From Escherichia phage vB_EcoM_phAPEC6: DNA of 64,000 nucleotides. How positions within the stretch are numbered: the first letter of the stretch is position 1; each line of letters begins with the position of its first letter. The stretch lies in sequence record MK817115.1, one strand, 5' to 3'. Position numbers and translations under genes: made by a program. The notes beneath the pieces are model-generated. The model ran no database searches and was not told the origin of the DNA. It saw nothing but the letters and a program-made list of their open reading frames with translations. Of this stretch, positions 19,089 to 28,015 are shown piece by piece.

Positions 19089-19284
19089 ATCGCTTGGAGA
19101 TTTTCACAAGTACAGATTCATCACAACGAATACTAGCAGTATCATTGGATGAACTGTACTTTAATGGGGTCCACTGTAATTGAGATTCTTCTAGGAACTT
19201 GATACATCTGAAATAATCTTTCAAGGAAAGAAATTTAACTACTGACATATCCTGAACAATACTATGCTGAACTTCAACTTTCAT
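19048..19284 (-). CDS. hypothetical protein
   Basis: ORF track. Confidence 0.4.
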   Translation of the reverse strand: MKVEVQHSIVQDMSVVKFLSLKDYFRCIKFLEESQLQWTPLKYSSSNDTASIRCDESVLVKISKRFGVGKYNDKQCTK

Positions 19285-19293
19285 ATGAACTCC

Positions 19294-19551
19294 TTATAGT
19301 GGGTCAAATTTATTTTCACGTTTCGATGTATAGCGAGTTACATCATGTATTCTCGGCTTAACACCTTTTGGTTTCCTTTTCTTCTTGTATTCAGTACTAC
19401 TACATCCGAAGGTATTCTCGATTCGTTTCTTACTTATCTTCACACCTTTCATTGAGCGTTTGTGCTGTAATTCATCGATTTCTTCTTGTATTTTCCTGAA
19501 CTCAGTCGGAGAAAGGGAACCGTCATTTTTATACTTAGGTTTAGCCATCAC
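19294..19551 (-). CDS. small basic protein
   Basis: Lys/Arg-rich; ORF track. Confidence 0.45.
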   Translation of the reverse strand: MMAKPKYKNDGSLSPTEFRKIQEEIDELQHKRSMKGVKISKKRIENTFGCSSTEYKKKRKPKGVKPRIHDVTRYTSKRENKFDPL

Positions 19552-19578
19552 TTCTCCTTGTGCTTAGGCTAGATAGTA

Positions 19579-20721
19579 CTAAAAATCCTTTAGTACAATT
19601 TTCATGTATTTTATAAGAGTCTCTTTGTAATCAACTTTCTTATTGTTATACATTGCAAAGGCCAAGCCCTGACGATTCAGTTCATTAGTTAAACACTCCT
19701 GAACCTTCATTGCGAATTCCTTTCGCTCCAAGTGCTTGTGTTCCTTGACGAAGCTTTCTACTTCATCTTGTAATGCATTATAGCACGAAAATACCAATTG
19801 TTCCATTCTTAATATCTTTTGCATAGCATATTCATCAGTACTGAACAATTGTTTTAAATCATCACTTGAACCATTTAATACTGCTTCATATAAATGAGAA
19901 TCAATAATAATACTATCTTTTGTAAGATGTAATGAACTGTACCAGTCAGTCTTTATTTTACACATTGTCCCATTATTTAGGATGCACACAAAACCCTCAA
20001 TATCAAGCATTTTATGAACTTCCTCCACGCTTTCACGGAAGGTATTTCGTACCGGAAAAGTGTGATGAATATCTTTTCCAGTCATATTAGTACTGTACTG
20101 TGCAAGACATGGAAACTTATCACGTAGTGCTTTACCACATAGCAACTCACCACTCACACGATGACGAACGTTCAGTACAAACAGTTGTTCTACCTGATAT
20201 GGTAATACAATTCGGTACTCTGGGCTTGTATACTCCATATTAACTGTGTAACCTAAACGTTCCGCTTCGTCGATGTACTGATACAAATTCTGGTTCTCGT
20301 TAATAAGTCGAGTACTGTTAATCGCATGGTCAGAATACAATGCAGTATGTGATTTACAACGAATCTCACCATCATTATCACGGTAAGTACTGATAATCGA
20401 ACCATCCAACTTAGGCATCACTACCGCAATGTCATCGCATGTGGTGTTAGCAGGGAACATTGTAGCAGGATTCTCGTAAGCATTGAAGAACTTTTTCATT
20501 GTACGTGCTGCACAACGTATCATTTCACCTTCTTCATCAATTTCCCACATAGAGCCACGGGTTTCCAACGCATTTGGTTGCATGAAATCAGTGTATGATG
20601 CTAGACGATAACTGAATACACGATACGTGCCACCAGCAGGACTTTTATGATCCACATAAAAGAATGCATCGTTTGTATTACATAAGTGCATTAAATCTTC
20701 ATATATTTGCAAAAGGGTCAT
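19579..20721 (-). CDS. rnlA: RNA ligase 1 (T4 Rnl1/gp63-like)
   Basis: TYRVFSYRLASYTDF and MPKLDGS (KxDG) align with T4 Rnl1 TYRIFSYNYASYSDW / TKEDGS; similar length. Confidence 0.9.
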   Translation of the reverse strand: MTLLQIYEDLMHLCNTNDAFFYVDHKSPAGGTYRVFSYRLASYTDFMQPNALETRGSMWEIDEEGEMIRCAARTMKKFFNAYENPATMFPANTTCDDIAVVMPKLDGSIISTYRDNDGEIRCKSHTALYSDHAINSTRLINENQNLYQYIDEAERLGYTVNMEYTSPEYRIVLPYQVEQLFVLNVRHRVSGELLCGKALRDKFPCLAQYSTNMTGKDIHHTFPVRNTFRESVEEVHKMLDIEGFVCILNNGTMCKIKTDWYSSLHLTKDSIIIDSHLYEAVLNGSSDDLKQLFSTDEYAMQKILRMEQLVFSCYNALQDEVESFVKEHKHLERKEFAMKVQECLTNELNRQGLAFAMYNNKKVDYKETLIKYMKIVLKDF

Positions 20722-21026
20722 TTTATTACCTCTATATCTACATCAGTTCCATAATATGATATTAATCCATCATCAGATTCACACTGAATAGACAACTCAG
20801 ATTCATAGTATGTTACTTTATTCACTGTTAGTACTTGTTCTTCAATTACTCCAGAAAAATAATTCATCTCACGTACACGAACTTTAGTTCCTTTAGGTAG
20901 TTCATCTGAGATTTTTCGAACAAGATCATAAGCAGCCTGTTCAAGTGTGTACAGTAATTGTAATCTATCTTGAATATTCATATTATTTCCACCAACTGGT
21001 ATCACGTCCATTAGACAAAGATTCAT
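20718..21026 (-). CDS. small helix+beta family protein (family C-like)
   Basis: ISDELPKGTKVRVRE motif. Confidence 0.45.
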   Translation of the reverse strand: MNLCLMDVIPVGGNNMNIQDRLQLLYTLEQAAYDLVRKISDELPKGTKVRVREMNYFSGVIEEQVLTVNKVTYYESELSIQCESDDGLISYYGTDVDIEVIK

Positions 21027-21672
21027 TGTACTGATGCCTAAAATTAGTTTTTGGATTATTGTTCATAGTACTAATAAAATCAAATTTAACATTCTCTTGA
21101 ATATATTTTTTAACACTATCTTTAAATTTAATAGTACTGAAGTCTAAATCTAGATGTTCATACAATACCGGATGACAAAACTCATGTGTACGCAACGCTG
21201 GCATGGTATCCTTAATGTATTGCACAGTGTTAATCATTGCATTGTATTCCGGCATAGCACGCATCATCATTAGCTGAAAGTGTTCTTCCTCTGACATTGA
21301 CTCATCCAAATCAATAACGACTTCATCATTTTTAGAGTCATAAACTTTAATGGTACTCTTGGTTGGATCAAGCATAGCCCACTCTGGATACAGGCATGTT
21401 TTCCAAAAAGGATTATTGCACTGAAACATACTAATGAGATTTTGATCTTTATCAAAAATAGCAAATCCAAGATCCGAACTTGGTTGTACTTCACATACAC
21501 AAATATCGTAAGACGAGTCTTCAGTACTGAGTGAACCAACTACATTTGATATATGTGAATATGGAGTTTCTCTTGACTCCAACTGAAATGTACTTTCAAT
21601 TCGATTGATTTGTGGATGTAATGTAATTACACCCCTTAGTACATATAAAATTCTATCTAAATCTTTAATCAA
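20983..21672 (-). CDS. hypothetical protein, divergent EE-FQ family member
   Basis: SEEEHFQLMMM. Confidence 0.45.
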   Translation of the reverse strand: MIKDLDRILYVLRGVITLHPQINRIESTFQLESRETPYSHISNVVGSLSTEDSSYDICVCEVQPSSDLGFAIFDKDQNLISMFQCNNPFWKTCLYPEWAMLDPTKSTIKVYDSKNDEVVIDLDESMSEEEHFQLMMMRAMPEYNAMINTVQYIKDTMPALRTHEFCHPVLYEHLDLDFSTIKFKDSVKKYIQENVKFDFISTMNNNPKTNFRHQYNESLSNGRDTSWWK

Positions 21673-22247
21673 AATTCTATCCCCGTATCAGTTAATTTCG
21701 TTCCGTCCATGTACTTAACAGTTATTTCAATGCGTCGATCAGTACTCAATTTTTGAAGATCATTGTAGTACAATTTAAATTCTTCAAAGAACTCAAGTGG
21801 TGGAATATCGTATAAAGTACTAATCTGGAAGTGCTCAGGTAATCCAAATTCCAATATATCAATCTTAGGCATAAGTCCATCGGCTGCTGCACCTTCTGGA
21901 GTACTGCTATCTGCTACATAAAACATAGAATTACCATGACGCTGGATAACGAATATGCAATCATCTTCACTTACATAAATCATATTTCCAAGGTATGGAT
22001 CGTTATCACACCAATTATCATGGACGAGTTGTTCAACTTGAAGTAAATCTTTTATAATTCCCTGACCACTATCGTCAACTAGAATATGTAAACCAGAACA
22101 ATCTTTGCTCAACCAGCGGTATCTTGCATCACATCCTGATTCCATAAATGGATATTTTGAAAAATCCATATCAGTACCATTATAAAACCAATCGTACCAC
22201 TCATTACGCATACTAATCAGCTTAGTACTTAATTCTAATACATTCAT
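21669..22247 (-). CDS. EE-FQ family paralogue (dispersed copy)
   Basis: LPEHFQISTLYDIP. Confidence 0.5.
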   Translation of the reverse strand: MNVLELSTKLISMRNEWYDWFYNGTDMDFSKYPFMESGCDARYRWLSKDCSGLHILVDDSGQGIIKDLLQVEQLVHDNWCDNDPYLGNMIYVSEDDCIFVIQRHGNSMFYVADSSTPEGAAADGLMPKIDILEFGLPEHFQISTLYDIPPLEFFEEFKLYYNDLQKLSTDRRIEITVKYMDGTKLTDTGIEF

Positions 22248-22254
22248 TTTAGTT

Positions 22255-22557
22255 TTATCCTCTTAATTTAATAGTACTGGCTGGATATTCTACAAAAGTA
22301 TTATCTGGTAATCCTATACAGTAATAAGGTAAATACCCCATCTTTATATTAATACCAATTAAAATTCCTGTTTTATATGAAGTATTAATTCCATAGTAAT
22401 CGTCTATATCAACAGCAAGTCCATATAATGATATGTTACAATCCTTGATGTATCGGTCAAACATTTTATACATTGATGGATATAAAGTTCCATTGGATTG
22501 TCTCACCAAATCAGCCAACATTTTGATAGTACTGTTAATTAAATCTATACTGAACAT
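22255..22557 (-). CDS. hypothetical protein
   Basis: ORF track. Confidence 0.45.
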   Translation of the reverse strand: MFSIDLINSTIKMLADLVRQSNGTLYPSMYKMFDRYIKDCNISLYGLAVDIDDYYGINTSYKTGILIGINIKMGYLPYYCIGLPDNTFVEYPASTIKLRG

Positions 22558-22570
22558 CTTTGTACCTGCG

Positions 22571-22594
22571 AAAAAAGACCAGCAAACGCTGGCC
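22571..22594 (-). terminator. rho-independent terminator downstream of 22602..22883
   Basis: GGCCAGC-GTTT-GCTGGTC then TTTTTT on minus strand. Confidence 0.5.
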
Positions 22595-22601
22595 TAAGAA
22601 T

Positions 22602-22883
22602 TTAAATTATTTCATAAAGACAATATACACCATCAACGCCAGCATCAGGAAAATCAACATAGAAATTCACACTAACAGTGTCGTAATCTATATCAGTGAT
22701 TCGTCCGGTTTTACCTACACTTTTTACAAATATATCAGACCCAAGATACACAAACTCGAACTCGTCAGCATACTCTTTTATGATATCTGCGAACCTACAA
22801 CCACACCTAGGTTCTGTGTTAATAATTTCAAGATATAATGTAATATATTGTTCGTATGTCCATGTGTGTAGATAAAAATCCAT
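22602..22883 (-). CDS. hypothetical protein
   Basis: ORF track. Confidence 0.45.
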   Translation of the reverse strand: MDFYLHTWTYEQYITLYLEIINTEPRCGCRFADIIKEYADEFEFVYLGSDIFVKSVGKTGRITDIDYDTVSVNFYVDFPDAGVDGVYCLYEII

Positions 22884-22893
22884 AGAAGTTTCC

Positions 22894-23631
22894 TTAGAAA
22901 TATATCATACCCATCAATTCAGAATCGGCGGGGCGAGTATAACCTTGCTTCTTAACTTTAAAATAGAATGATTCATGCTCTTCTAAATTATAACGTTTTT
23001 TCAAGCAACGAGTGTATGTCTGACAATTTGGGTGAACCCATTCATAAATGTGAATGCCATTTTCGTCATAACCATTTATACTACAACGATTTCCTTCATG
23101 CTTCATAAAGTTTTTACTTTTTTCAGTAAATTCTTTCACTGTAGTTGTATATGGAGATTTGTATTCAAAAGGAACTTCAGTCATACGAAAATAATAGTAT
23201 TCTTCGTCTTCATCATATCCCAAGAGCACTGTGTTAGTTTCACGTACATTGTAATGATTCTTACTTTTTAATTCATTTTCGTATATATCTTTCAGTACTT
23301 CTGCAAAAACTTCATCGCTTGATGCATTAGGATTAGATACACCTGATACTCGGCGTTCAATAATAAAATCAGTGAATTTGCGGTCTTCGGCAATATCTTC
23401 GTTCATATAAAGACTAACAAACTTATCCTTATATGTCTTTACACTATATTGCTTACTTTGTACTTCACTATAAACATCTGCTAACATATTCTCCTGACCA
23501 CACTGCACACCACTTACAGAATAAGCACATGCATGTTCAGCCATTACTGATGTTAACATTTGGAAATTTGCCATGTTTAATTCATTCGCCATCTCTGTAG
23601 CGAAACGGATACGGTCAAGCATTTCACACAC
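22894..23631 (-). CDS. hypothetical protein
   Basis: ORF track. Confidence 0.5.
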   Translation of the reverse strand: MCEMLDRIRFATEMANELNMANFQMLTSVMAEHACAYSVSGVQCGQENMLADVYSEVQSKQYSVKTYKDKFVSLYMNEDIAEDRKFTDFIIERRVSGVSNPNASSDEVFAEVLKDIYENELKSKNHYNVRETNTVLLGYDEDEEYYYFRMTEVPFEYKSPYTTTVKEFTEKSKNFMKHEGNRCSINGYDENGIHIYEWVHPNCQTYTRCLKKRYNLEEHESFYFKVKKQGYTRPADSELMGMIYF

Positions 23632-23662
23632 TCCTTGTGTTAATTATTGTTCCTTACCCATT

Positions 23663-23690
23663 ATTATATCATGAATTAGACTATTGTCCC
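23663..23690 (-). promoter_or_regulatory. candidate promoter with extended -10 (TGATATAAT)
   Basis: Minus-strand reading of 23663-23671; weak -35 GGGACA. Confidence 0.3.
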
Positions 23691-23959
23691 TGTTTATAGC
23701 AATAAAGATTCTCTAATTTAAAATCTACTAGATCACATTCAGAACGTACTCGATTCTTGTTCCAGAATAAAATACGAATCCTTTCATAATCACGATAAAC
23801 ACTAATAATGCTTCTGTGCTTGGATTTGTAGTACTCCTGTACTATCCCCAGATACACAGTCCTCAATAAAGACTTAGTTGGATATGGCATATTCTGTGCT
23901 GACGTGATATCGTAAATCATCTTCATTGTTTCAGCAACAAGTACTTCATTTGTTCTCAT
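23681..23959 (-). CDS. hypothetical protein (MRTNEV...)
   Basis: ATG at 23959; track start 23977 lies inside the upstream small ORF. Confidence 0.45.
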   Translation of the reverse strand: MRTNEVLVAETMKMIYDITSAQNMPYPTKSLLRTVYLGIVQEYYKSKHRSIISVYRDYERIRILFWNKNRVRSECDLVDFKLENLYCYKQGQ

Positions 23960-24122
23960 TGTAATCCTTACATACACTATGTAAAGTAAATCCTAATCCA
24001 ACACCGACAAATGGAAATAGTAAATTGATATACCAAGTATTAATTGTTGAAAGGAAACAAATCCCACATACTGTCAGTACTGCCAATGAAAAAAGACTCC
24101 AGATAAAAAATACTGTTCTCAT
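23946..24122 (-). CDS. unlisted small hydrophobic membrane protein (58 aa)
   Basis: Own translation MRTVFFIWSLFSLAVLTVCGICFLSTINTWYINLLFPFVGVGLGFTLHSVCKDYNENK; ATGA overlap with stop of 24119..24409. Confidence 0.4.
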   Translation of the reverse strand: MRTVFFIWSLFSLAVLTVCGICFLSTINTWYINLLFPFVGVGLGFTLHSVCKDYNENK

Positions 24123-24409
24123 AAAAATGTTACCTCATCAAATGAAAAGTTTAAGTACGTTGTTGAATCTTGGTCTAAACTATGAATAGTAATATGACCA
24201 TTGAAATAAAAAGAAACATCAACTATTTGAAGTTTTGGGTATTTTCTAGTACTGAAATACCTTCCTACTACTAAGTCAGAAAACATATTTCTGTATTCTT
24301 GTGTTACGTTTTTGTATAGGTTATGTAGAGCACTTTCTTGTGAATCGAAAGTAATGGAATAATCTTTCACCAATATAGCATATGTTTTCTGCATTAAAAT
24401 GATATTCAT
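24119..24409 (-). CDS. small helix+beta family protein (family C)
   Basis: FSDLVVGRYFS motif. Confidence 0.5.
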   Translation of the reverse strand: MNIILMQKTYAILVKDYSITFDSQESALHNLYKNVTQEYRNMFSDLVVGRYFSTRKYPKLQIVDVSFYFNGHITIHSLDQDSTTYLNFSFDEVTFL

Positions 24410-24669
24410 AAATCTCCTAATATCTCAAAAATTATTGATATTGGGTATACTGGGTTATCAGATGAAGTAACACATACTATTAGTACGTTTTTTCCAGGTG
24501 CTACATCCTTTACCGTGAAATTAATATTATTAAGAATCAGTGATTTACCAATATAATGCTCTTTCAATAATTCAACAAAATAATCCAGTACTGGATTATC
24601 TGCACTATATGATAACTCAGTACTTGATATCATTTTATATGTATGAACTATTAGTTCAGCTTTAGTCAT
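24406..24669 (-). CDS. small helix+beta family protein (family C)
   Basis: LKEHYIGKSLILNN; start set at ATG 24669 (MTKAEL) to avoid a 131-nt overlap. Confidence 0.45.
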   Translation of the reverse strand: MTKAELIVHTYKMISSTELSYSADNPVLDYFVELLKEHYIGKSLILNNINFTVKDVAPGKNVLIVCVTSSDNPVYPISIIFEILGDL

Positions 24670-24862
24670 GAACACGCTCACAATTAAGGCAATAAATGCA
24701 CTCAATGTCAGGTCGCCATGATTTATCAAAATCTTTGTGCTGTTCTTCGGTGTATTCTGCATCATCATTAATAGGGAAGAAATCACCAGCACCAGTCGCC
24801 CAGTCTGAATCTAAACGGAAACGAGCTAATTGAGTACTGTTACAATATGGACATTTATTCAA
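24662..24862 (-). CDS. small zinc-ribbon protein
   Basis: CPYCNS ... CIYCLNC. Confidence 0.45.
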   Translation of the reverse strand: MNKCPYCNSTQLARFRLDSDWATGAGDFFPINDDAEYTEEQHKDFDKSWRPDIECIYCLNCERVHD

Positions 24863-25139
24863 AATTTATTCCTTCTAACTGATATACGTTTAATGAAAAT
24901 GACCCATTATTATTATCGCATCTGAAACACAGTGTTAAAGAACCATTAAAACTAACAACATCAGTACATATACATTTTTCACCATTGGATATGATAGATT
25001 TTCCTATATATAAATCTCTTACTATAGTACGGTAATGTTGCCATAAAAAATAATACACACTTTCATAGTACTCATCTTTTACATATGACAAGTATAAGAA
25101 TTTATAAAATACTTGTATTTCCTTTAAGTTGTTTTTCAT
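24855..25139 (-). CDS. small helix+beta family protein (family C, DIQFTYK subgroup)
   Basis: LKEIQVFYKFLYLSY ... DLYIGKSII. Confidence 0.5.
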   Translation of the reverse strand: MKNNLKEIQVFYKFLYLSYVKDEYYESVYYFLWQHYRTIVRDLYIGKSIISNGEKCICTDVVSFNGSLTLCFRCDNNNGSFSLNVYQLEGINFE

Positions 25140-25413
25140 TCTCCAACTCCAGTAAATTTACACCAATCCAATCAACATCACTATCAGTACTTAATTCCAA
25201 TCGTAGCTTACCGCTATGACTAACAATATCGCGGAATTTGTATATTTTATTATCACGAACTATACACAAATCATGGTAATATTCATGTAATTCATCCAAA
25301 AACTTTATCCATACCGAACGATAGATTTCACCGTAGAGATATTCTCCAGCATCAACCGTAGCGTATTGGATATACAAAAATTTGTATGTGAATTGTATAT
25401 CATTTAATAACAT
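25102..25413 (-). CDS. small helix+beta family protein (family C, DIQFTYK subgroup)
   Basis: MLLNDIQFTYKFLYIQY. Confidence 0.5.
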   Translation of the reverse strand: MLLNDIQFTYKFLYIQYATVDAGEYLYGEIYRSVWIKFLDELHEYYHDLCIVRDNKIYKFRDIVSHSGKLRLELSTDSDVDWIGVNLLELENEKQLKGNTSIL

Positions 25414-25423
25414 ATGTAACCTC

Positions 25424-25735
25424 TTATAAATTCACCAACTTCACAACTTTAATCTCGATAAATCCCCTATCGGTTATTTCAAGAAATTCAACATGGATAA
25501 TCCCATTGTATGATTTAACTCCAGAGAACTCGAATATATCATTTCCGTCGATAAAAGTACTGTAATTCTTTTTTATATATTCACCTACTGAATCTAAGTA
25601 CTCAATATATAAATCAATAAATGGTTGTTCTTTGTATGGGTTATGTGAACCTATTTTGTTACTAACAAGGTATACATCATACAAATCATATAGGATCTTA
25701 TAAGTGAATTGTATATCATTTAAATTTAATCCCAA
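25424..25735 (-). CDS. small helix+beta family protein (family C, DIQFTYK subgroup)
   Basis: LNDIQFTYKILYDLY. Confidence 0.5.
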   Translation of the reverse strand: MGLNLNDIQFTYKILYDLYDVYLVSNKIGSHNPYKEQPFIDLYIEYLDSVGEYIKKNYSTFIDGNDIFEFSGVKSYNGIIHVEFLEITDRGFIEIKVVKLVNL

Positions 25736-25992
25736 GGGAATATCTCCAACGGAATACTGGTAAATCCAAAATCAGTGTAGTACTGAACCTCAACTTTACC
25801 ATCACGTCTAATGATTATATCAGAAAATTCTGCATGGTCATCACCAATAATAACAGTACTGAATTTTTTTTTAATCTTACCACGAATTGTATGAATCATT
25901 TCAGTGCATGTGTCTTCTAGACTAGGGCTATCATTGTCGTGTGCTAAATCTCGAATAATCTTGTATGTTAGTAGGAAATCTTTATAATTCAT
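25726..25992 (-). CDS. small helix+beta family protein (family C, DIQFTYK subgroup)
   Basis: MNYKDFLLTYKIIRDL. Confidence 0.5.
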   Translation of the reverse strand: MNYKDFLLTYKIIRDLAHDNDSPSLEDTCTEMIHTIRGKIKKKFSTVIIGDDHAEFSDIIIRRDGKVEVQYYTDFGFTSIPLEIFPWD

Positions 25993-26264
25993 ATGTCCAC
26001 CAAATCTATACTATATCTTTCATTAGTATTACTATCTATAAATGATAGTACTAATTTACCACCAAAACTATTAACTTGTTCTATCTTCTGTTTTTTACCA
26101 CGAATGATTATCTCACTATTAACAAAATATTCACGTATCATTATTAAGTGATTAATCCAGATAGTATGAGTGAATGTGTTTTCTCGTATTGTATTGAGAT
26201 ATCTTCCATTGTGATGTAAATCAAACAAAACACTGTATGTATATTGTAGAACTTTATAATTCAT
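25989..26264 (-). CDS. small helix+beta family protein (family C, DIQFTYK subgroup)
   Basis: MNYKVLQYTYSVLFDL. Confidence 0.5.
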   Translation of the reverse strand: MNYKVLQYTYSVLFDLHHNGRYLNTIRENTFTHTIWINHLIMIREYFVNSEIIIRGKKQKIEQVNSFGGKLVLSFIDSNTNERYSIDLVDI

Positions 26265-26275
26265 ATATCCCCTTA

Positions 26276-26304
26276 CAAAAATAGCCCGAACTTATGTCGG
26301 GCTA
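26276..26304 (-). terminator. rho-independent terminator downstream of 26311..26997
   Basis: TAGCCCGA-CATAAGT-TCGGGCTA then TTTTTG on minus strand. Confidence 0.55.
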
Positions 26305-26310
26305 TGTACA

Positions 26311-26997
26311 TTATTCATCGTCGTCATCGTCATCTAGATCGATATAGATACTATCATCACCATCATCAAAGTACTCCACAATAACTCCTGGAATATTAAG
26401 AGCAGTAAACATTGCATCATATTTCTCATCAGATGGAATCAAAACAAATTCATCAATGTTTTGAACTTCTGGCATTTTATCTTCGGGGATACCCATATCA
26501 ACAAGTGACTGAATAATCTTTTCTTTGAATTCTAAAAACTTCTCTTCAGATTCAAAATCCATAATAAGCTGTGCAACATATCCTTCATCGTTACCGAATG
26601 AAATTGACATTTGTGCATCAGTACCGACATAGCACCAAACACGTTTACCTGTGTGCTGCTCAATAAAGTTTTGAATCTGTAACACAATGTCATGGCGAGA
26701 ACTGTTAGCAATGTTGTTAAGATTTTCTACACCAGCATTAATTCCAGTACTGTCATTTGTTTCTTCAAATTCACCATAATCACCCAATACATACTGTACA
26801 CCTTCATGATGTAATGCATATGCATAGTCAAGGTCAGCGAGTGAATCGCACTTTCCACGGATCGGACGTAGGGAAAGACCTAAGCGAAGATAACGGAAGT
26901 ATGTATTAGTATTTGTATTTGTCAACGTAATGCTCCTTAACAATATAAAAGTAGTTGCTGTTATTGTCAAAAAAGATAACCATCCCTTTATAGACAT
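26311..26997 (-). CDS. acidic protein with poly-Asp C-terminus
   Basis: Ends YIDLDDDDDDE; likely true start is TTG at 26925 (AGGAG RBS 7 nt upstream), since the first 24 codons overlap 26906..27205. Confidence 0.45.
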   Translation of the reverse strand: MSIKGWLSFLTITATTFILLRSITLTNTNTNTYFRYLRLGLSLRPIRGKCDSLADLDYAYALHHEGVQYVLGDYGEFEETNDSTGINAGVENLNNIANSSRHDIVLQIQNFIEQHTGKRVWCYVGTDAQMSISFGNDEGYVAQLIMDFESEEKFLEFKEKIIQSLVDMGIPEDKMPEVQNIDEFVLIPSDEKYDAMFTALNIPGVIVEYFDDGDDSIYIDLDDDDDDE

Positions 26998-27205
26998 TTA
27001 CACCAATTTTGATTTCACATATGTTATTTGATTTACTCGCTTCAGTCAATAACATTTTGTGCTCTTTACTGAAAGTGTGGAACAGTGGTTTGACATGCCA
27101 CATTTCGATACCATCCAGTACTGAAAATTTTTCACTAAATTTAATCATTGATTCTTGTAAAAAATATCCTGTAAGATTTATTTCATCACACATGCAAGTT
27201 TCCAA
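26906..27205 (-). CDS. hypothetical protein
   Basis: ORF track. Confidence 0.4.
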   Translation of the reverse strand: METCMCDEINLTGYFLQESMIKFSEKFSVLDGIEMWHVKPLFHTFSKEHKMLLTEASKSNNICEIKIGVNVYKGMVIFFDNNSNYFYIVKEHYVDKYKY

Positions 27206-27479
27206 GAAAATTAATCACATCTGCATGTGATAATGTATCATTACCTTCTAGTACATTAATGATAAACGGCACTTGGCGATATAGTTCAGCCAGGAATTGT
27301 ACCTCATCAGATGTGTAAGAATATCCCATAGGAACAACCTGTGCAGTCCAGTTTCCTAGAGTTTTGTTAGCAATAATTGCAACTACAGTATTACCTTTGT
27401 ATTCAACATGGATGGAACGAAATCCTGATTGCTCATTTTGATCCCAAAGTACTGGATTGGTTTTGAACAGTACTGACAT
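27186..27479 (-). CDS. hypothetical protein
   Basis: ORF track. Confidence 0.45.
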   Translation of the reverse strand: MSVLFKTNPVLWDQNEQSGFRSIHVEYKGNTVVAIIANKTLGNWTAQVVPMGYSYTSDEVQFLAELYRQVPFIINVLEGNDTLSHADVINFLGNLHV

Positions 27480-27481
27480 AA

Positions 27482-28015
27482 TTATTTCCTCATGTATTTT
27501 ATAACGTCTTCAAATAATTGTATTTTTAAGTCCTCGTCATTTCCAGGTAAAAACTCACGAAAACTATCAAAATCTTCATTTTTTGCGAAGTTACGCATTT
27601 GTGTTGAGCTATATTGACTTACATTACGGTCAATACCTGCCTGAATTGCTTTTATACTACAAAAATTATACAACTTACCATTGTACATGTCAAGAGTTTT
27701 TTGAAAAGAATCAATACGGTCAGAACCACAAATGAAAAGAACATCTAAGTACTTTCCATCCAGTTCTCTCATTATATCAAATAGATTGTCTTCTGTGTAG
27801 ATGTTCTCTTGCACTGAAGGATAGAATCCCTCTGTATAATACATTTTTAGTTCAGGTGGGAGTGGGTTTTTTATATTGTCAGTACTGGTGCTTAGATATA
27901 TTTTTAAATCAGCATTGTACTGTTCTTGTAATGTTTTGGCCTTTTCAAAAACTAAACCATGTCCACGATGTACAGGATTAATACGACCAAACGTTAATAC
28001 ACATGTTTCTTTCAT
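27482..28015 (-). CDS. cytidylyltransferase-like nucleotidyltransferase (NMN/NaMN adenylyltransferase-like)
   Basis: FGRINPVHRGH (HxGH) and SQYSSTQMR (ISSTxxR-like) motifs. Confidence 0.5.
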   Translation of the reverse strand: MKETCVLTFGRINPVHRGHGLVFEKAKTLQEQYNADLKIYLSTSTDNIKNPLPPELKMYYTEGFYPSVQENIYTEDNLFDIMRELDGKYLDVLFICGSDRIDSFQKTLDMYNGKLYNFCSIKAIQAGIDRNVSQYSSTQMRNFAKNEDFDSFREFLPGNDEDLKIQLFEDVIKYMRK

